Below, in pieces: positions 49,553-62,118 of a stretch of 64,000 bases of DNA. Position 1 is the first letter of the stretch. Each line of letters opens with the position of its first letter. Source of the stretch: Eukaryota sp. GEM-RC1 (lineage: Eukaryota); the NCBI GenBank assembly GCA_040285855.1, contig JAUFOQ010000016.1, forward strand, positions 1,178,001 through 1,242,000, in the 5' to 3' direction. Below the pieces are notes generated by a model. The model was not told where the DNA came from and ran no database searches. It was given only the letters and a program-made list of their open reading frames with translations. The position numbers were made by a program, and so were the translations under genes.

Positions 49553-50420
49553 AGTGATTGGGGAAGTTCAGAATAGTTGTTTTACTTTTCGGAATTAGGT
49601 ACTGTAGTTCGTTTGATAATTTGTTTTAATAGTGTTTTTTTATTTGTACTTAACTTATTATGTGTTTTTCTCGGCACATAAATCCGTTTTTTTTGTTGTT
49701 CTACTTCTAGTTGTAGTTTTAGGATCAATTTTACATTTATCATCACAACAAAGTCTGTAACTATTGAGTGTTGAAGTGACAGGATTTACATGACAACAAG
49801 CGTGACCCGTATGAGTATCTGATCATTCTTTTCCAAAATTACTTCAATGTTCTGGCACTTTTAAACAATGATGGGAAATATGTATTAAATTATTCGTTAT
49901 TCTGTTTCGACACTCTTATTGGTGATTACTACTGCACTGGTTGGGTGAATCTTGGTGTTCAGTGTTAAACTAAGCTAATCAAAATCGTGTCGGTTTGTAA
50001 CTACGATGTTACATCTCAAAGAAGGACAATAAATACAGTTATAATTTCTAATTATCGATATGCTTATACTTGAAGAAACTTCATGAAAAGTTCTATTCTA
50101 AGTTTTCATTTGTTTTATTTGCTACTTCAATTTTGGTGATTGTTCAGTAGGCTTAAAAATATTTAGCCTATTTAATCTTTGATGCTCTTCTAAAGGAACG
50201 GTCTTTATGGATGAATAGAATTGTGCTTGTTCTTTACAGAAACATTCCCAAGTATTTAAGTACTATTTATTCCAAGTTGAATAGAAACAGTTCTCGTGTT
50301 GACGTGGAGAATTGTATTTCTTGCATTTTCTGATTTAGTATATGTACATGTACTAGTATTGTTCCAAATACAGTTGATGAATAATATGAGCCTTTATTGC
50401 CTCTTTATGGATTTATGGTA

Positions 50421-50990
50421 TTATGTTTCAATATCCTCAAAGACCACATTGCCTAATTGGAAATTCTCACCTTTGTCCTCATAATGTCTGCCAAGAGATA
50501 ATAAAGCATTAGAAACAGAAGTCATCATACCTTTAAAGCTAACAAACACAATTCGATTTTTCCAAATCCTAAGATCAAAAGTCCTAGATGTTTTTTTTAC
50601 AATCTTCACATAGATTTCAAGTAATGATGATGCAGATTCACCTAAAGAACCGTACAGTGGAAATAGAAAAGGGTAAAACACGTGATTCGAGTGTGAAACC
50701 GAATTCAATAATATCAATTTAGCACAACATATTTCCATTTTATAGTTTTCACCATTCAACAGAGGGTTTTTAGCATTAGATTTAACAAGTTTCTTGTTGG
50801 AATCATTACAAACAGCGATAGATATAACATCAGCAATAATGAAAGAATCATCGAGACCAGGAAATATGACATCACCACGGCAATTTCCAAACGATTTGTC
50901 GACATCCGTATCACCAAACACACCAGCCAGAACTGTTTCTAAAAAGTAAACTATTTCATAAGATTTACACATACAATATAATTGATCCCT
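50421..50990 (-). mobile_element. CRE-like retrotransposon endonuclease fragment (divergent subfamily)
   Basis: RGDVIF..IIADV...FYPFLFPLYGSLG...WKNRIVF. Confidence 0.75.
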
Positions 50991-51876
50991 TACTTCTAAA
51001 AAGAAATAAACGGTTACAGTTCAAAAAACGAGGTGTTACAGATTGCCCATATTGGCGTTTCAAATTATATGGAAGGTTATCAGGTCAAATATGTGACCGA
51101 AAACGCATGCTCAATGACTGAGAGTTATCATCAAGAAAGAGACCGTAAGCTGGAGGGATTTGAGTAATAAAACATGAAACAGAGCTACTATAAACATATA
51201 GTAATTTATGCAATTCGGAGTTTTTCCGTGACCATGCCAATCGAACATTAATCCATGCTTTCAAGAATATTTGATAATTTCTGTCACAGTTTTTTCAGAC
51301 AAAACACACGATTAGTCAAACATCTTGCAGGAATTTCAGACACATATTCTAGGAAACATTGAGACCAAAGGTCAGAAGGGGATTTGATCAACGCTTCGTC
51401 TAAGTTAAATAAATAGTTGCATGAATTGGGGTTAATGAGTGAGATACCATTAGAAAATCGACTAACAAACTCGAAAATAATTTCTTCACACCCCCTGAAA
51501 AGCAGATTTGCACAACCCCTTCAGTGCATGTAAAGCTTTTGTCTCCAAAACAAGTTGTCTTATAGGTTTGAATAAAATAGACAAGTTTAAATAACACGCT
51601 GTTCTTGCACTACAACATCTCACTGTGGGATCTTAACGGTCAGTACAATTTACGATCAACACTGGTGTGTAGCAGGTGAAGAGGAAGATAGTGATGAGTG
51701 AGTTTTGTCTTTAGTATGTAGAATTGAATCAATAGAATAGTCTGTTTTTCAAGTGGTAAATCTTAAACAACATCCTATACGAATCAATACATAGGGATGG
51801 GAGAACACGGACTCGACTTCACTCCATTAAACTAATCACAATGCTAAATCAAGAAATCAAGAATTTGTTTACCTAA

Positions 51877-52875
51877 ATGAAAGCTGTAGTCGCCACTTCG
51901 AAAACAACGAGAGAACTGAAAGACATAGAACAACCATCGCCAAATGGTTCAGAGGTTCGTATCAAGATCATCAGAGCATCTATCAATCCGGTGGACTTCA
52001 AGTTTCAAGAAGGTAGTGACAACTTCCCTTATGTTATGGGTATCGATGGAGCTGGTTATATTGATGCATGTGGTGACAGCGTTAACAAAGTCGTTGATGG
52101 ACTTGACATTGGTACACCTGTCTATTTCCACAATAATCTTAATTGCAAGCATGGAACCTTTGCAGAATACGCGATTGTGGATGCCCGATCTGTGATTCCC
52201 ATCCCTCATGACATGTCTATGGACATTGCGGCTCTTCCGTGTGTTGCTTTTACAGCCCTGCAGGCTGTTAAGAAAGCTATTAGCGCAACTGAAATTCACG
52301 GTCTTCCTTCACGTCCTTGTGCATTTATTGGAGGATTGTCAAGCTCTGTTGGTCACCAAGCAGTCAAACTTCTTGTTGACCGTGGCTGGCAAGTTGCTGG
52401 AAGTTGCCGTACACATCGCATTCAGGAATGTAAACAAAAGACTGGTGCTTTCGTTGTGGATGCTGATAGTGATTTTGGTCATGAAACAGCTTCAATGTTT
52501 CCAAACGGGTTCAATATTGCTATTGATTGTGTCAATGGGGACTCTGCTGCCAAATTGCTGCCTATTCTTTCTTTTGGTGGCTGCGTTGTTCCCGTTGTTG
52601 GAATGAACTTCCAATCAGAGAATCTTAATTCTATTTTCCTTAAAGGAATAACGATTGCTCATGTTGCTTTGGGATTTGTTGCTTATAATAGTCCTTTTGA
52701 AGAACACTTGTTAGAACTGAAGTCGTTAGGTGAAGAGATTTTGTCTCTTGTTCAGAGAAATGTCCTTGACTTCAACATTGGGCATCGAATCAAGTTAGAA
52801 GATGTCCCTGAATATCTGACCAAATTGAAACAACGTACAGGCATTTCGGGTAAAATTGTAGTTGAGATGGATTAG
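51877..52875 (+). CDS. MDR-family NADPH:quinone oxidoreductase / alcohol dehydrogenase-like
   Basis: ASINPVDFK, GIDGAG, GTFAEY, AALPCVAFTALQA and GKIVV. Confidence 0.9.
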   Translation: MKAVVATSKTTRELKDIEQPSPNGSEVRIKIIRASINPVDFKFQEGSDNFPYVMGIDGAGYIDACGDSVNKVVDGLDIGTPVYFHNNLNCKHGTFAEYAIVDARSVIPIPHDMSMDIAALPCVAFTALQAVKKAISATEIHGLPSRPCAFIGGLSSSVGHQAVKLLVDRGWQVAGSCRTHRIQECKQKTGAFVVDADSDFGHETASMFPNGFNIAIDCVNGDSAAKLLPILSFGGCVVPVVGMNFQSENLNSIFLKGITIAHVALGFVAYNSPFEEHLLELKSLGEEILSLVQRNVLDFNIGHRIKLEDVPEYLTKLKQRTGISGKIVVEMD

Positions 52876-53366
52876 TTTTGAAAACTTTCTGGTTCGTTTT
52901 GGAACTACAACTGATAGAAGTTCTATCATAGAACTCAGCTTTTTGTATACATGTATTGAATTCAAACAATTAACCTCTGAATCGATTTTATTTTATAGTC
53001 AAACCTGTGTATAGTGAAACTCGATGAAGCGTATGTTCACAGAGTCCCACTATGGACAGTACTGAATTGACCTTAATTGCATGTCACAGTTTCATAATGT
53101 CCAGCAAATGCCATACGTTTTTCTTGGTTTTATCTTTACGTTTTGTACTTCCATTGCTACATTGTAATTAAACCCATGTTCCACCAAAATGGACAGAGTT
53201 TCTTCGTACAATTACTACTCCTGCAGTAGTAATTGTTCTTAATCGTATAAAAGTAAGTGTTTATATAAGTGTTTTTGTTCTATAAAAAGAAGATAGCCAA
53301 ATATAAGTAAAGAAATAGCGCCAAGAACATTTCTTATTCGATATCTGTACTTTAACCCACTTCTCT

Positions 53367-54657
53367 ATGAGCGATTCCGTCGTCATCGGTGATGAATCGT
53401 TTTCATACAAGTCTCTTTATCTTGACACACTTAAAGCTGAAGATTTAGCTCAACGGCAGCTCAATTATGTACATAATCCTCTCAAGAATTCTGACATTGA
53501 TCTCTCCTGTCCGAAATTCCGCCATAATCGCTTCCTCAGGGACAATATTTCTGTTGGTGATGTTGACAGATCTTGTCCCAAAGTATTACATCCTACCAAA
53601 TCTAAAAACGCTCCATATCTTTACTATCGCAACGATGATATCGAAAAATCTCGACCTCCAGATAACAAACCCTCTAACCGTTGCACTAACCCTGTAGATC
53701 CCGTTTATCCCTTACCATCCTATGTAGAGAGACCCATAACACCTCCTAAGTTCCTCCGGGATTCTCTCAACGTTACTGACATCGAGGGAACAGTTCCTGT
53801 CCAACCTAAACCCGACAATACTCATGACTACCTTTATTATTACGATGTCCATAAGGCTTCGACAGCTCCCAAGTTGTTCACAGATCCTCGTGATATTCTC
53901 AATGTAAAAGACATTAACCATGTCGAATACAAAACTCTTCCCCCAAGATTTTCCAATCCTGTTGAACCTACTTACATCCTATTAGATGGCACTAAGGTAG
54001 CAGATGATCCTCTATGTCACCCAAAACCTGCTCCCTCTGCTCTCCCGCGGTTTAACCTAACTGTAAATGACATTGACGGAGCTAAAAGTGGTTGGCTACC
54101 ACCTGCGCACGAGAGAAGTGGGAAACATTTACCAATGATTATTAAGAATCGAGATGTTTTCAAGGTTGATGGGATTCAGAAACCAAAAGAGTGTTGTTTC
54201 CTGACACTTTTTCAAGAATTCTCGAATAGCATCTCAACCAGTTGAAACCAAGAAATCTGTAAAACCTTTAATGGACAGACCAGCATCAAAGAAGGTTGAC
54301 AGATCTAATACAATTACACTCCGTCCAAAGACAGAAGGAAGCATACATCGAACTCTACCTACCCCTAATGTTAAACCTAAGTCGGCTTCCTCAATCAGAG
54401 TCAAGAGCAACCGACTGGCCGCTGATACTCTACCTCCTGCTGGTATTCTGACTCACGGACGACTACGGACAGGGAAAGCTCCCCCCTTTACTAGTACTCT
54501 CACGCGACCTCCCGTGGACCCTTCTAAGATACAGAGAAGGAGTGCGTTGTCAATGACTGACAAGAGGGTTCGGATTGTCAAAGATGCTGATCCTTTTGAG
54601 TTTTGTTGGTCTAAGGACGAAGAGATTAGGCAAGTAAAAGAGTTGCCTGATTTTTAG
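53367..54657 (+). CDS. Pro-rich repeat protein (DIxG / NPVxPxY repeats); frameshift near 54200-54250
   Basis: Repeated L.V.DI.G and NPV.P.Y motifs; second ORF continues to EEIRQVKELPDF. Confidence 0.6.
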
Positions 54658-55397
54658 AGATTAACTAGGAATTATTTTGGAATTATATTATTAGTTTTGT
54701 CTGCTTTGTATTTTACATGTATTATTTTATTTAAATGTATTATAGCATTTGTTTTCCTTGGTTTTTGATTGACAGTCAACTTGTTGCTGTTCATTCGTAA
54801 ATAACACCATCATTTCAACCCTTTGATGGGTGAACCACGACTTAGTACCACCTGAAGCCGGTTATACTGAATCAATCTCGAGAAAGAAGCGATGTGGGAT
54901 AACTTAGATGATTTCCTAAAATAGGAATAATAAGGTGTGTTCTTTAACTAAATATGAATAATACATGATCTACAATAGTCGATGCCAACACGTAATAAAA
55001 TACTATCAATTCAGCTCTGCCAAGTATATAATGTCAATTCTTACCATGTGAAAGAAACCCCACCAAGACGTTTGGGAAGTCCTCCAGCAATATCACAGGG
55101 ATGAATTTGTAGAAATAATGAGCTATTTATTGTTGAGCTTCCAATCAGCGAAATACTAGAATTCTTGTAACGCAAACACACTCTAACACGTGGGTGTTAA
55201 CACGTGGGTGTTAACACGTGTCAGAGGATGTTTCCACGTGATAGCGTTCACTTCTTCAAATAAGTAAGGATGACATCTGGTAAAATGATGGTGGATAAAA
55301 TACTTACAACAAGGGAAAAAGTGCATTAATGTTTAGAAACATTATAGAAATTATGTACATAAGAGGTTAAATCCTCAAAAATCAAAGGTTGTGATAC

Positions 55398-55736
55398 TTA
55401 CGGCAATTTTAGTGGTGATACAGGTTTCAATTCAAGCCTGTTTAACGAGGGCGAAGGATTGACTGGAGTATTGGTTGACAATAGGCTTGATCCCAATGAC
55501 TTAGGTGTCCTGATAGCAGATCTGTTGGGGACGGGGGGTAAAACTGGGGAAACACGTACGATTGGAGAAGACAGACGGGAGAAAGGTGGCTTATGCAATG
55601 GTGTTTGAGAAGTATCCCAAAAAGGTAATTGGATTGGTTTTATAGGAGAACGAAGAGCACGATGATCAACATTGGCAAACTTCTGTTTAGTTTGATGTGG
55701 GTTGAAGCGATAAGCGTATTGTTTCAATCTGTCCAT
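55398..55736 (-). CDS. Hypothetical Pro/Ser-rich protein
   Basis: ATG ORF head-to-head with DPCD; no family recognised. Confidence 0.45.
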   Translation of the reverse strand: MDRLKQYAYRFNPHQTKQKFANVDHRALRSPIKPIQLPFWDTSQTPLHKPPFSRLSSPIVRVSPVLPPVPNRSAIRTPKSLGSSLLSTNTPVNPSPSLNRLELKPVSPLKLP

Positions 55737-55791
55737 GAACCAGAGACACAAGAAATCTTCGATAATTTACACTCAAGAATCTCTAACTAGA

Positions 55792-56397
55792 ATGTCTACA
55801 TCCGAATCTTTTATTCCTAAAGGACACCCTAAATGTACAACAGTTGTTGCAGATGGTAGATACAAGGTACACTGTACTTATCCGGATCAAACAGAGATGG
55901 TTGAGGAATACGATGTAAATTCACTACTTCTATTGGTACGAAAATGGAGAACAACTACTCGTCTTGGGGGAAAATCATCATATCATTATGAAATAGGTGC
56001 TCCTCCCCGATTGAACTCTGAAGAAGAGTTGCTTTCAGCACGAGGACCTGAGTTCATCAGACAAGATACTGATAGTCATTTCTGTTGGAGAGTGTTTAAT
56101 GCTCCCTGGTCTCTCGGAACTTATGATATTTCAGTTTCGCCAGAAGAACGTAAAATTTACATTCGTACTACCAACAAAAAGTACTTCAAAGCCTTTTCTA
56201 TCCCTGATTTGGATAGACTGAACCTCCCTTATGTATCCAATTTTCTGAATGTGACTTGGGCAAATAATGTGTTGACAATAACGTACATCAAACCTAATGT
56301 CATACGGGAAATGGAAATGAGACAACGGATGGAATTGAAAAAGGCATCACAAGAACAACCACCTAAAGAAGGCGATGTTGCTTGCAATCAGCAATAA
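55792..56397 (+). CDS. DPCD: Protein DPCD
   Basis: DGRYKVH, EMVEEYD, LLVRKWR, RTTNKKYFK, IPDLDR and C-terminal DVACNQQ. Confidence 0.93.
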   Translation: MSTSESFIPKGHPKCTTVVADGRYKVHCTYPDQTEMVEEYDVNSLLLLVRKWRTTTRLGGKSSYHYEIGAPPRLNSEEELLSARGPEFIRQDTDSHFCWRVFNAPWSLGTYDISVSPEERKIYIRTTNKKYFKAFSIPDLDRLNLPYVSNFLNVTWANNVLTITYIKPNVIREMEMRQRMELKKASQEQPPKEGDVACNQQ

Positions 56398-56499
56398 ATA
56401 GTAAGTTAATGTACAGATTTATTTACAAGGATCGTTATAACTGGATTCGATCGGACATGGTTTACGTATGAAACAACAAGATGCAAAGATGGGAGTGAT

Positions 56500-56835
56500 T
56501 CAAGACGACACAGTTGTTGAGTAAGCAAAATCAGATAAGCTGGCCGCGGACAACGGATAATCCGATATCTCAGATTCAATGACGATGGCCAATTCCTTTT
56601 CTATCGGTATTTCGGTCACTGCTTCAACCGGGTCTGGCAGAATCTGATTAACAGCAAGAAAACACGGTTCATGAAAAACAAGAACAAGTACAATCAACGC
56701 GAAGACGAGTAGGATGACTTCTAACAACTCCATTAATGATGACGAGAAAAATGAACTTCTCAGACTTTGAATTAGGAGTGATCCCAGATCAGATACCTTG
56801 CCCTTAAGTAGAGACGGGTATCTGAGCAGACGCAT
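56500..56835 (-). CDS. Small hypothetical single-TM protein
   Basis: 111-aa ORF with one hydrophobic stretch. Confidence 0.35.
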   Translation of the reverse strand: MRLLRYPSLLKGKVSDLGSLLIQSLRSSFFSSSLMELLEVILLVFALIVLVLVFHEPCFLAVNQILPDPVEAVTEIPIEKELAIVIESEISDYPLSAASLSDFAYSTTVSS

Positions 56836-56874
56836 TGAGTACTTCTTAAGTAGTACTCATAAAGACACATACAT

Positions 56875-57087
56875 TTGTATTATACTTTCAAGCGCATTAA
56901 CACATCTCTTTCTAACTGCATTAGCGTAGCTAAAGTTAAAAGTCCCGCTTTCTGTGCATTGTTGCAAGATATAAGTAGTTACTCAGCATCTACTTCCATT
57001 ACCGGGAGATTCACATTTAATTGGATAGTCTTCGTTTGGGCTTTTAGCCGTTTGGATTCGTTTGAATTTTCCAAACTGTACCATTAA
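56875..57087 (+). mobile_element. Degraded CRE-like internal fragment
   Basis: AKVKSPAFCALLQDIS parallels AKTNSPEFAAFLIDLC of the main family. Confidence 0.45.
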
Positions 57088-57192
57088 GGTTCTGACACAG
57101 AGAAGTTCACATAACGTTTGTAAGATGAAACAGATTAAATACAAATTTATAAGAACAAATAGTACATTAATGCAAACATTGGTGCAATGATA

Positions 57193-57924
57193 TTACACCA
57201 CCAATGAAGAGTCCTCTTCGCTGACAACAAAATCAGGATCATTGGCACAAACAATGACCTGCTCAAGAACAGCGTTTGACTTACAACTCTCTTGAATCCG
57301 TGTCAACGCATCAGCATCAAGAGAATTGTTACTAAGATTAAATCTGTAGAGAACAGGTGATTTCTCAATGACATCAATAATGTCATCAATGACAGCCGTT
57401 GTAATTCCATTATTCTCCAGAGACAATGATGAAAGTGAGCTTGCTGCTGCGGACGAAAGCACTGCTTTGGCTCCAACATCGCCCAAATTACACTGATTAA
57501 GAATGACCTCATCCAGAGAAGACTGGGAGAGGATCTTCTGAACTAGGGTGTAACATGATGTTGGTATCTTCACATTGATGAGTTTCAATTGTCGGACAGA
57601 CGTATTGTCACAGAGATAGTCAGCTAATTGCTGAATTTCATCTTCAGAAGGACTACAATCGCTGAAGGAAACAGAAACAGAATCATTGGCCTTGATTTTG
57701 GATAGAATTTCGGCAAAGGAAGACTTGGGAGAAGAATCTACAGGGGATTGAGCTTCACGAGAATCCTCTGTAGGGGATTCACCAGCAGACTGAGCTTGAG
57801 GAGAATTGACAGGTACTTCCACAGCAGTATCATCTACAGAAATATCTTCTGTAGGAGCAGCTTTAGTTGTTACGGCATCAGATGTTGATGCAACTTCGAT
57901 AGACTTTGATGAAGAACAGCCCAT
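57193..57924 (-). CDS. RNI-like leucine-rich repeat protein with an N-terminal dual acylation motif
   Basis: MGCSSSK start; LxxLxLxxN repeats. Confidence 0.8.
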   Translation of the reverse strand: MGCSSSKSIEVASTSDAVTTKAAPTEDISVDDTAVEVPVNSPQAQSAGESPTEDSREAQSPVDSSPKSSFAEILSKIKANDSVSVSFSDCSPSEDEIQQLADYLCDNTSVRQLKLINVKIPTSCYTLVQKILSQSSLDEVILNQCNLGDVGAKAVLSSAAASSLSSLSLENNGITTAVIDDIIDVIEKSPVLYRFNLSNNSLDADALTRIQESCKSNAVLEQVIVCANDPDFVVSEEDSSLVV

Positions 57925-58094
57925 GGAGACAAAATTTGTTTCCATACGTTTTTTGTACCTAGACGTTTCTTAGTAAATACTTCGGCAGATGATACACTGG
58001 TGTATCTAAATAGTCTCACTGAGACTATATCACTGTTGAACTAATTAAGACAGTGAGACTCAGGGCCTCTCATAAATACATGTACATGTAACCT

Positions 58095-58530
58095 TTTCAC
58101 TCTAAAGTTGAACCAGTTTTGAATCATCTTTCAGAAAATGAATGTACTGATCAAAAAGAGGGGATCTCCATACTCCGTGGCTGAAGTCGAGTCAATCATT
58201 AATGGATTTTGCTACAGTAGATGTTTGTGACAAATCTTGTGTTAGTAGGGTATTAGATTCTTCTTTTAATCCGTTAACAGCTGCTGGAAAGCTCAAACAC
58301 TCTAAGTATGACTCTCATATTCCAAATTTGTGTTTCAACCTTTTGCTGTTTCTCTTTTTGGATCTATTAGTCCAGCTGGTGATCAATTTTTCAAGGATTT
58401 CGAAGAACTGTTTAAAGAAAAGAAGCGTAAGTTTAGAATGACTGAATGGAAAAACCGTATAGTGTTTTCCATATATCGGAGTATGCCTTTCTATTTCTCT
58501 CGATTAATTGAGAAATTGTACAAGTTGTAC
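58095..58530 (+). mobile_element. CRE-like retrotransposon endonuclease fragment
   Basis: Near-identical to 11570-12030, with an internal deletion. Confidence 0.85.
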
Positions 58531-58878
58531 ATTATTGTACCTTAATGGAACCATGTTCAAAATTAAGATTTCAGATTTTCTTGCAGAGAAGTGATAAATC
58601 AAACAAGTTAAACCATTTACAATTTATTAGTAATCAATGTGTTTGGAATTGATTTGTTGTTAAACAAAATGAAACGAAACAGTAAAAGTCAAACCGAAAA
58701 GTAGATTTTCGATCCGTTTGTAAGTTAGAAATTGTTCTTGGAATTTAAATATTAACCAAAGTTCAAAATTATCTCTCATTAGAACACTAAACTAAAACGA
58801 CCAACCATGTTGACTAACACGTTTGAAAACACGTTCAAAAAAAGCCACTATAAATACACACTTCCGAACAACATTGTC

Positions 58879-59732
58879 CTATGGAAAACTTTCATAATTA
58901 TCAATCAACTGAAGCAAACTCTCCACATCTCCATCTGATAACATAGAGAGACCAAAGCTCAACGACGAGGACTTAGTGCTATCAACACTTGGAGAAAGCT
59001 GCAGAGAACTAGATGCAGAAGGACTTTGAACAGGACTTTTAGGATACTGATTGTCACTCAGATCAAAAACAGAAAGTTCTTCAGTTTGGATTTCAGCATC
59101 GGACACGTGGCAAGGATCACCAACTGACCTATCAAAGGTATAAAGAGTATCAGTAGCAAATGATCTGTCTACCACTGGTACTGCTGATACAGAGGGGGTT
59201 TGAGTAAAGGTAGTATACCTATGAACTAGAACAAGATCAATAGCAGAAGTAAAGGAATTGCGTTGTGTGGAGATATTGAAGTCAGTTTCAGTGGCAACGG
59301 TGTGTTGCTCATGTTCTACTTGAACTCCAATGTCCCACATCGAAGCATAAGTATCTTCAAGAGTTTGAGTAGATAGAGTGACTAAATCTCTCTGCACGGG
59401 TTTTTCTTCATCCATGAGAGCAAGAAGTCCTAGAGCATCTTCATGGCGTTGTGACAGGGAGGAGAGCTGTGATCTTGTAGAAGTCAGATGCTGTTGGAGT
59501 TCTTGTGAGTGAAGTAATTCACGTTGTAGATCGCTATTTAGTTGGGTGTTATCTTGTTGGAGTTGAGCAACTTGCTGAACTAGCTTTGCAACCTTAAGTT
59601 TTTCTCCTGGAAGAAGAGACTGAATTGTACCTTGGAGGACAGAAGGTTGTTTAAGTTGTGATCCTCTTTTGCTGAACTGGACCTGGGAGAAGAAGAGCGT
59701 TTTTTATGTGACTTTTTAACCGTTGAAGACAT
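58879..59732 (-). CDS. Coiled-coil protein with a hinderin/KIAA1328-like N-terminal motif; 1-nt frameshift near 59668
   Basis: The frame extends upstream of the listed ORF through LLPGEKLKVAKLVQQVA. ATG at 59732. Confidence 0.5.
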
Positions 59733-59812
59733 TATTGTAGAGTCATAACTCGAGTCTCGAGTAGTTTTGTGATGCTGAATGAAGTTTTTTGTACTTGTAT
59801 TAAATCCAATCT

Positions 59813-60214
59813 ATGGAAGATCTTGCATACCACAAGAAAGGAGCTGCAATCTTTTGGGTCACTGCTGAGGACCCAGAATACCCTGCCTTAAACATAATCG
59901 ATGGTGACAATAGATCTTGCTTCTGTACCACTGGACTTTTCCCACAAGAAATCATCATTGCACTTCCTCGAAGAGCCAAGATTTCTAAACTACGTACTCT
60001 TACTCTTGGTGTGAAGGAATACCAAATTCTCTACTCTAATGATGAAGAACCTGTACAATGGTCAGTAGCTACCACTGTAACTCTTGCTCCTAAGGACAGA
60101 CCAGTTACTGAAAGTTCCTCAGTTGCGCTTGAGGCTTGTTTCCTTAAACTTGTCATTCTGTCTGGTTACAACCATTTTGTTAAGATTCACCGAGTTTTTT
60201 GTGAGGGAAAGTAG
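59813..60214 (+). CDS. IFT25: Intraflagellar transport protein 25
   Basis: YPALNIIDGD, TTGLFPQEII and ILSGYNHFVKIHRV. Confidence 0.92.
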   Translation: MEDLAYHKKGAAIFWVTAEDPEYPALNIIDGDNRSCFCTTGLFPQEIIIALPRRAKISKLRTLTLGVKEYQILYSNDEEPVQWSVATTVTLAPKDRPVTESSSVALEACFLKLVILSGYNHFVKIHRVFCEGK

Positions 60215-60371
60215 ATCAAATGCGTCTATTGGATTTGTACATTAATTTTTTATTTGTAGATTTACCTTATTTATTGTAACAAAAGTTGTCGTTTTGAGAC
60301 AACAGATCGACAATCAAAAATGCCCTTTAGTCGATGCTTGAAATGTTTATAATACATATAATTTAAAATAT

Positions 60372-62118
60372 TTAATTCTTTTGCAGCTGAGATAAATATT
60401 CATCCTCAATCTGTTGCAAAATCTCCTCTGTTTCAAATATATCTTCATTTTTAGATTTCTTCTTTTCCTTATCATCTTTTCCTTTCGAAATCAAACTCTT
60501 CTCACGTTTAACTTCCCTTTCCAGCAGATTAGACATGAAACTCCGTTCACTTGGATTAGAACTTGCCAAGTCATCTCCTAACGAGACTAACGCCAACCTT
60601 CCATCAACTGAACCAGTTCCTAACAACCTACCATTAGCAGCACCACTGTTAGCAACTGACATTGAACAGAGAGCAGTGTTGAGGACGGGAAGAGAAAGAA
60701 CTGGCAGGGAATGTTGAATACACAAATCCCAGAAATCAACAACACCATCATCTCTCGACAACATGAACAAACCTGGCTTAAGAGGGGACCAACAACCTGA
60801 CAGAATACGAGAAGATTGGAATGGTGTGGAGAACAGAGGCGTTCGAACATGCTCATCATCATACCACAGTTTCGCTGACCAATCACCAACTGACATAAAG
60901 TAACGAGGGAAGTGCTTGGAACGATCAATGGAAAGCACAGGCCCAAGGTGAGCATCAAAAGGAATAGAACATCGTTCAGACTCATTCTTAACTTTCCTAT
61001 TAACCAACAAAACCTGACCATGTTCAGATCCAACAATAAACTTCGATGGTCCACCTCCAATGTCATAACACATTGAGACACATCCATGTCCCAGAGCATC
61101 TAAATGAGAAAGAGTAACTTGACCGTCAATCTGCGAGTAATCACCTTTAGAAATGATGGGGATCTCTTCTATGGGGGTCGTGAGTTTCCTTACATCCCAC
61201 ACCAAACAACGACCATCAGTACTACAAGACAACACTTCACAAGCACTCTTAGATTGTAGCCAAGAGACTGAGTAGACGGGATCTCGATGAGATGACTCTA
61301 TACCAGAACTTAGCACTGAGTGGCCAGCTTTCCTCGTGTCCCAACAACAAACAAGGCCATTGTAGCAACCACCAGCGACCATGTGGACGTCCTTAGGGTT
61401 GTACTCTACACAGACAGCAGGAGAAGGTGGAGAAAGGACATAGACAGGATCATTGGGATTAGTGACATCCCAAATGTAGGATTCACAGTGAGATTCTGAT
61501 AGAGAGGAGAACTCTAGACCCTGGAACTTTAAGTTGGCGTATGATGCAGCAACTTTAGAACATCCATCAGGAATCCATGAAATAGAATTGATTGATCGAC
61601 CCAGGCGAGATTTATCATGAAACATTGAGATGGTGTGTGTAGCTTGGTCATCGTCATCATCCGAATCATAATTGGTAGCAGAAGGTGGTTGGTATGTGGA
61701 GAAGTAAGTTTCATGGATATCTATGGAAAGGTTCTGTTCTAGGACTTGTACTATGATTTCTGTCATTCGAATGACTGCTTGGACATATTTCTCATCCTTT
61801 TCGATTTTTTTTACGGTATCCTGTGGTATGTTCAGCTTGAGTAGGGTCTATGTTCCTTGGCCAGCCTCCCTCGGTATGAAGAAGACTGCGAGAAGCTGTT
61901 TCGTATCGAGTAGTGTTAACTTCATGAACTGACATGGGTGGGATACAGGAGATAGCAGCATCACAGACTGGCGGTCTGACCCATTCTTTGGCTTCTTCTG
62001 GATTGGGTAGAACAGAGTGTGGTGGAAGAAAAACAGATGTGAAGTTACATGGACGACCAAAAAGTTTGCGTTTCTTAGTATATTCAAGAACAGAAGCAAA
62101 GCCTAAAGAAAAGGACAT
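60372..62118 (-). CDS. DNAI2: Axonemal dynein intermediate chain 2; 1-nt frameshift in the T8 run at 61805-61812
   Basis: YTKKRKLFGR, HTEGGWP, GGCYNG, SHRDPV, STDGRCLVWDVRKL and SVGDW. Confidence 0.95.

Noticed and set aside
57096..57110. ACAGAGAAG considered as the U6 snRNA core (similar at 46319)
   Set aside because: The downstream AUUAGCAUGG and internal stem-loop are absent.
57988..58072. Short palindromes GATACAC-TG-GTGTATC and TAGTCTCA-C-TGAGACTA as a functional RNA or operator
   Set aside because: TAGTCTCA/TGAGACTA is the subterminal motif of the 32867-33367 element, so this is probably TE debris.
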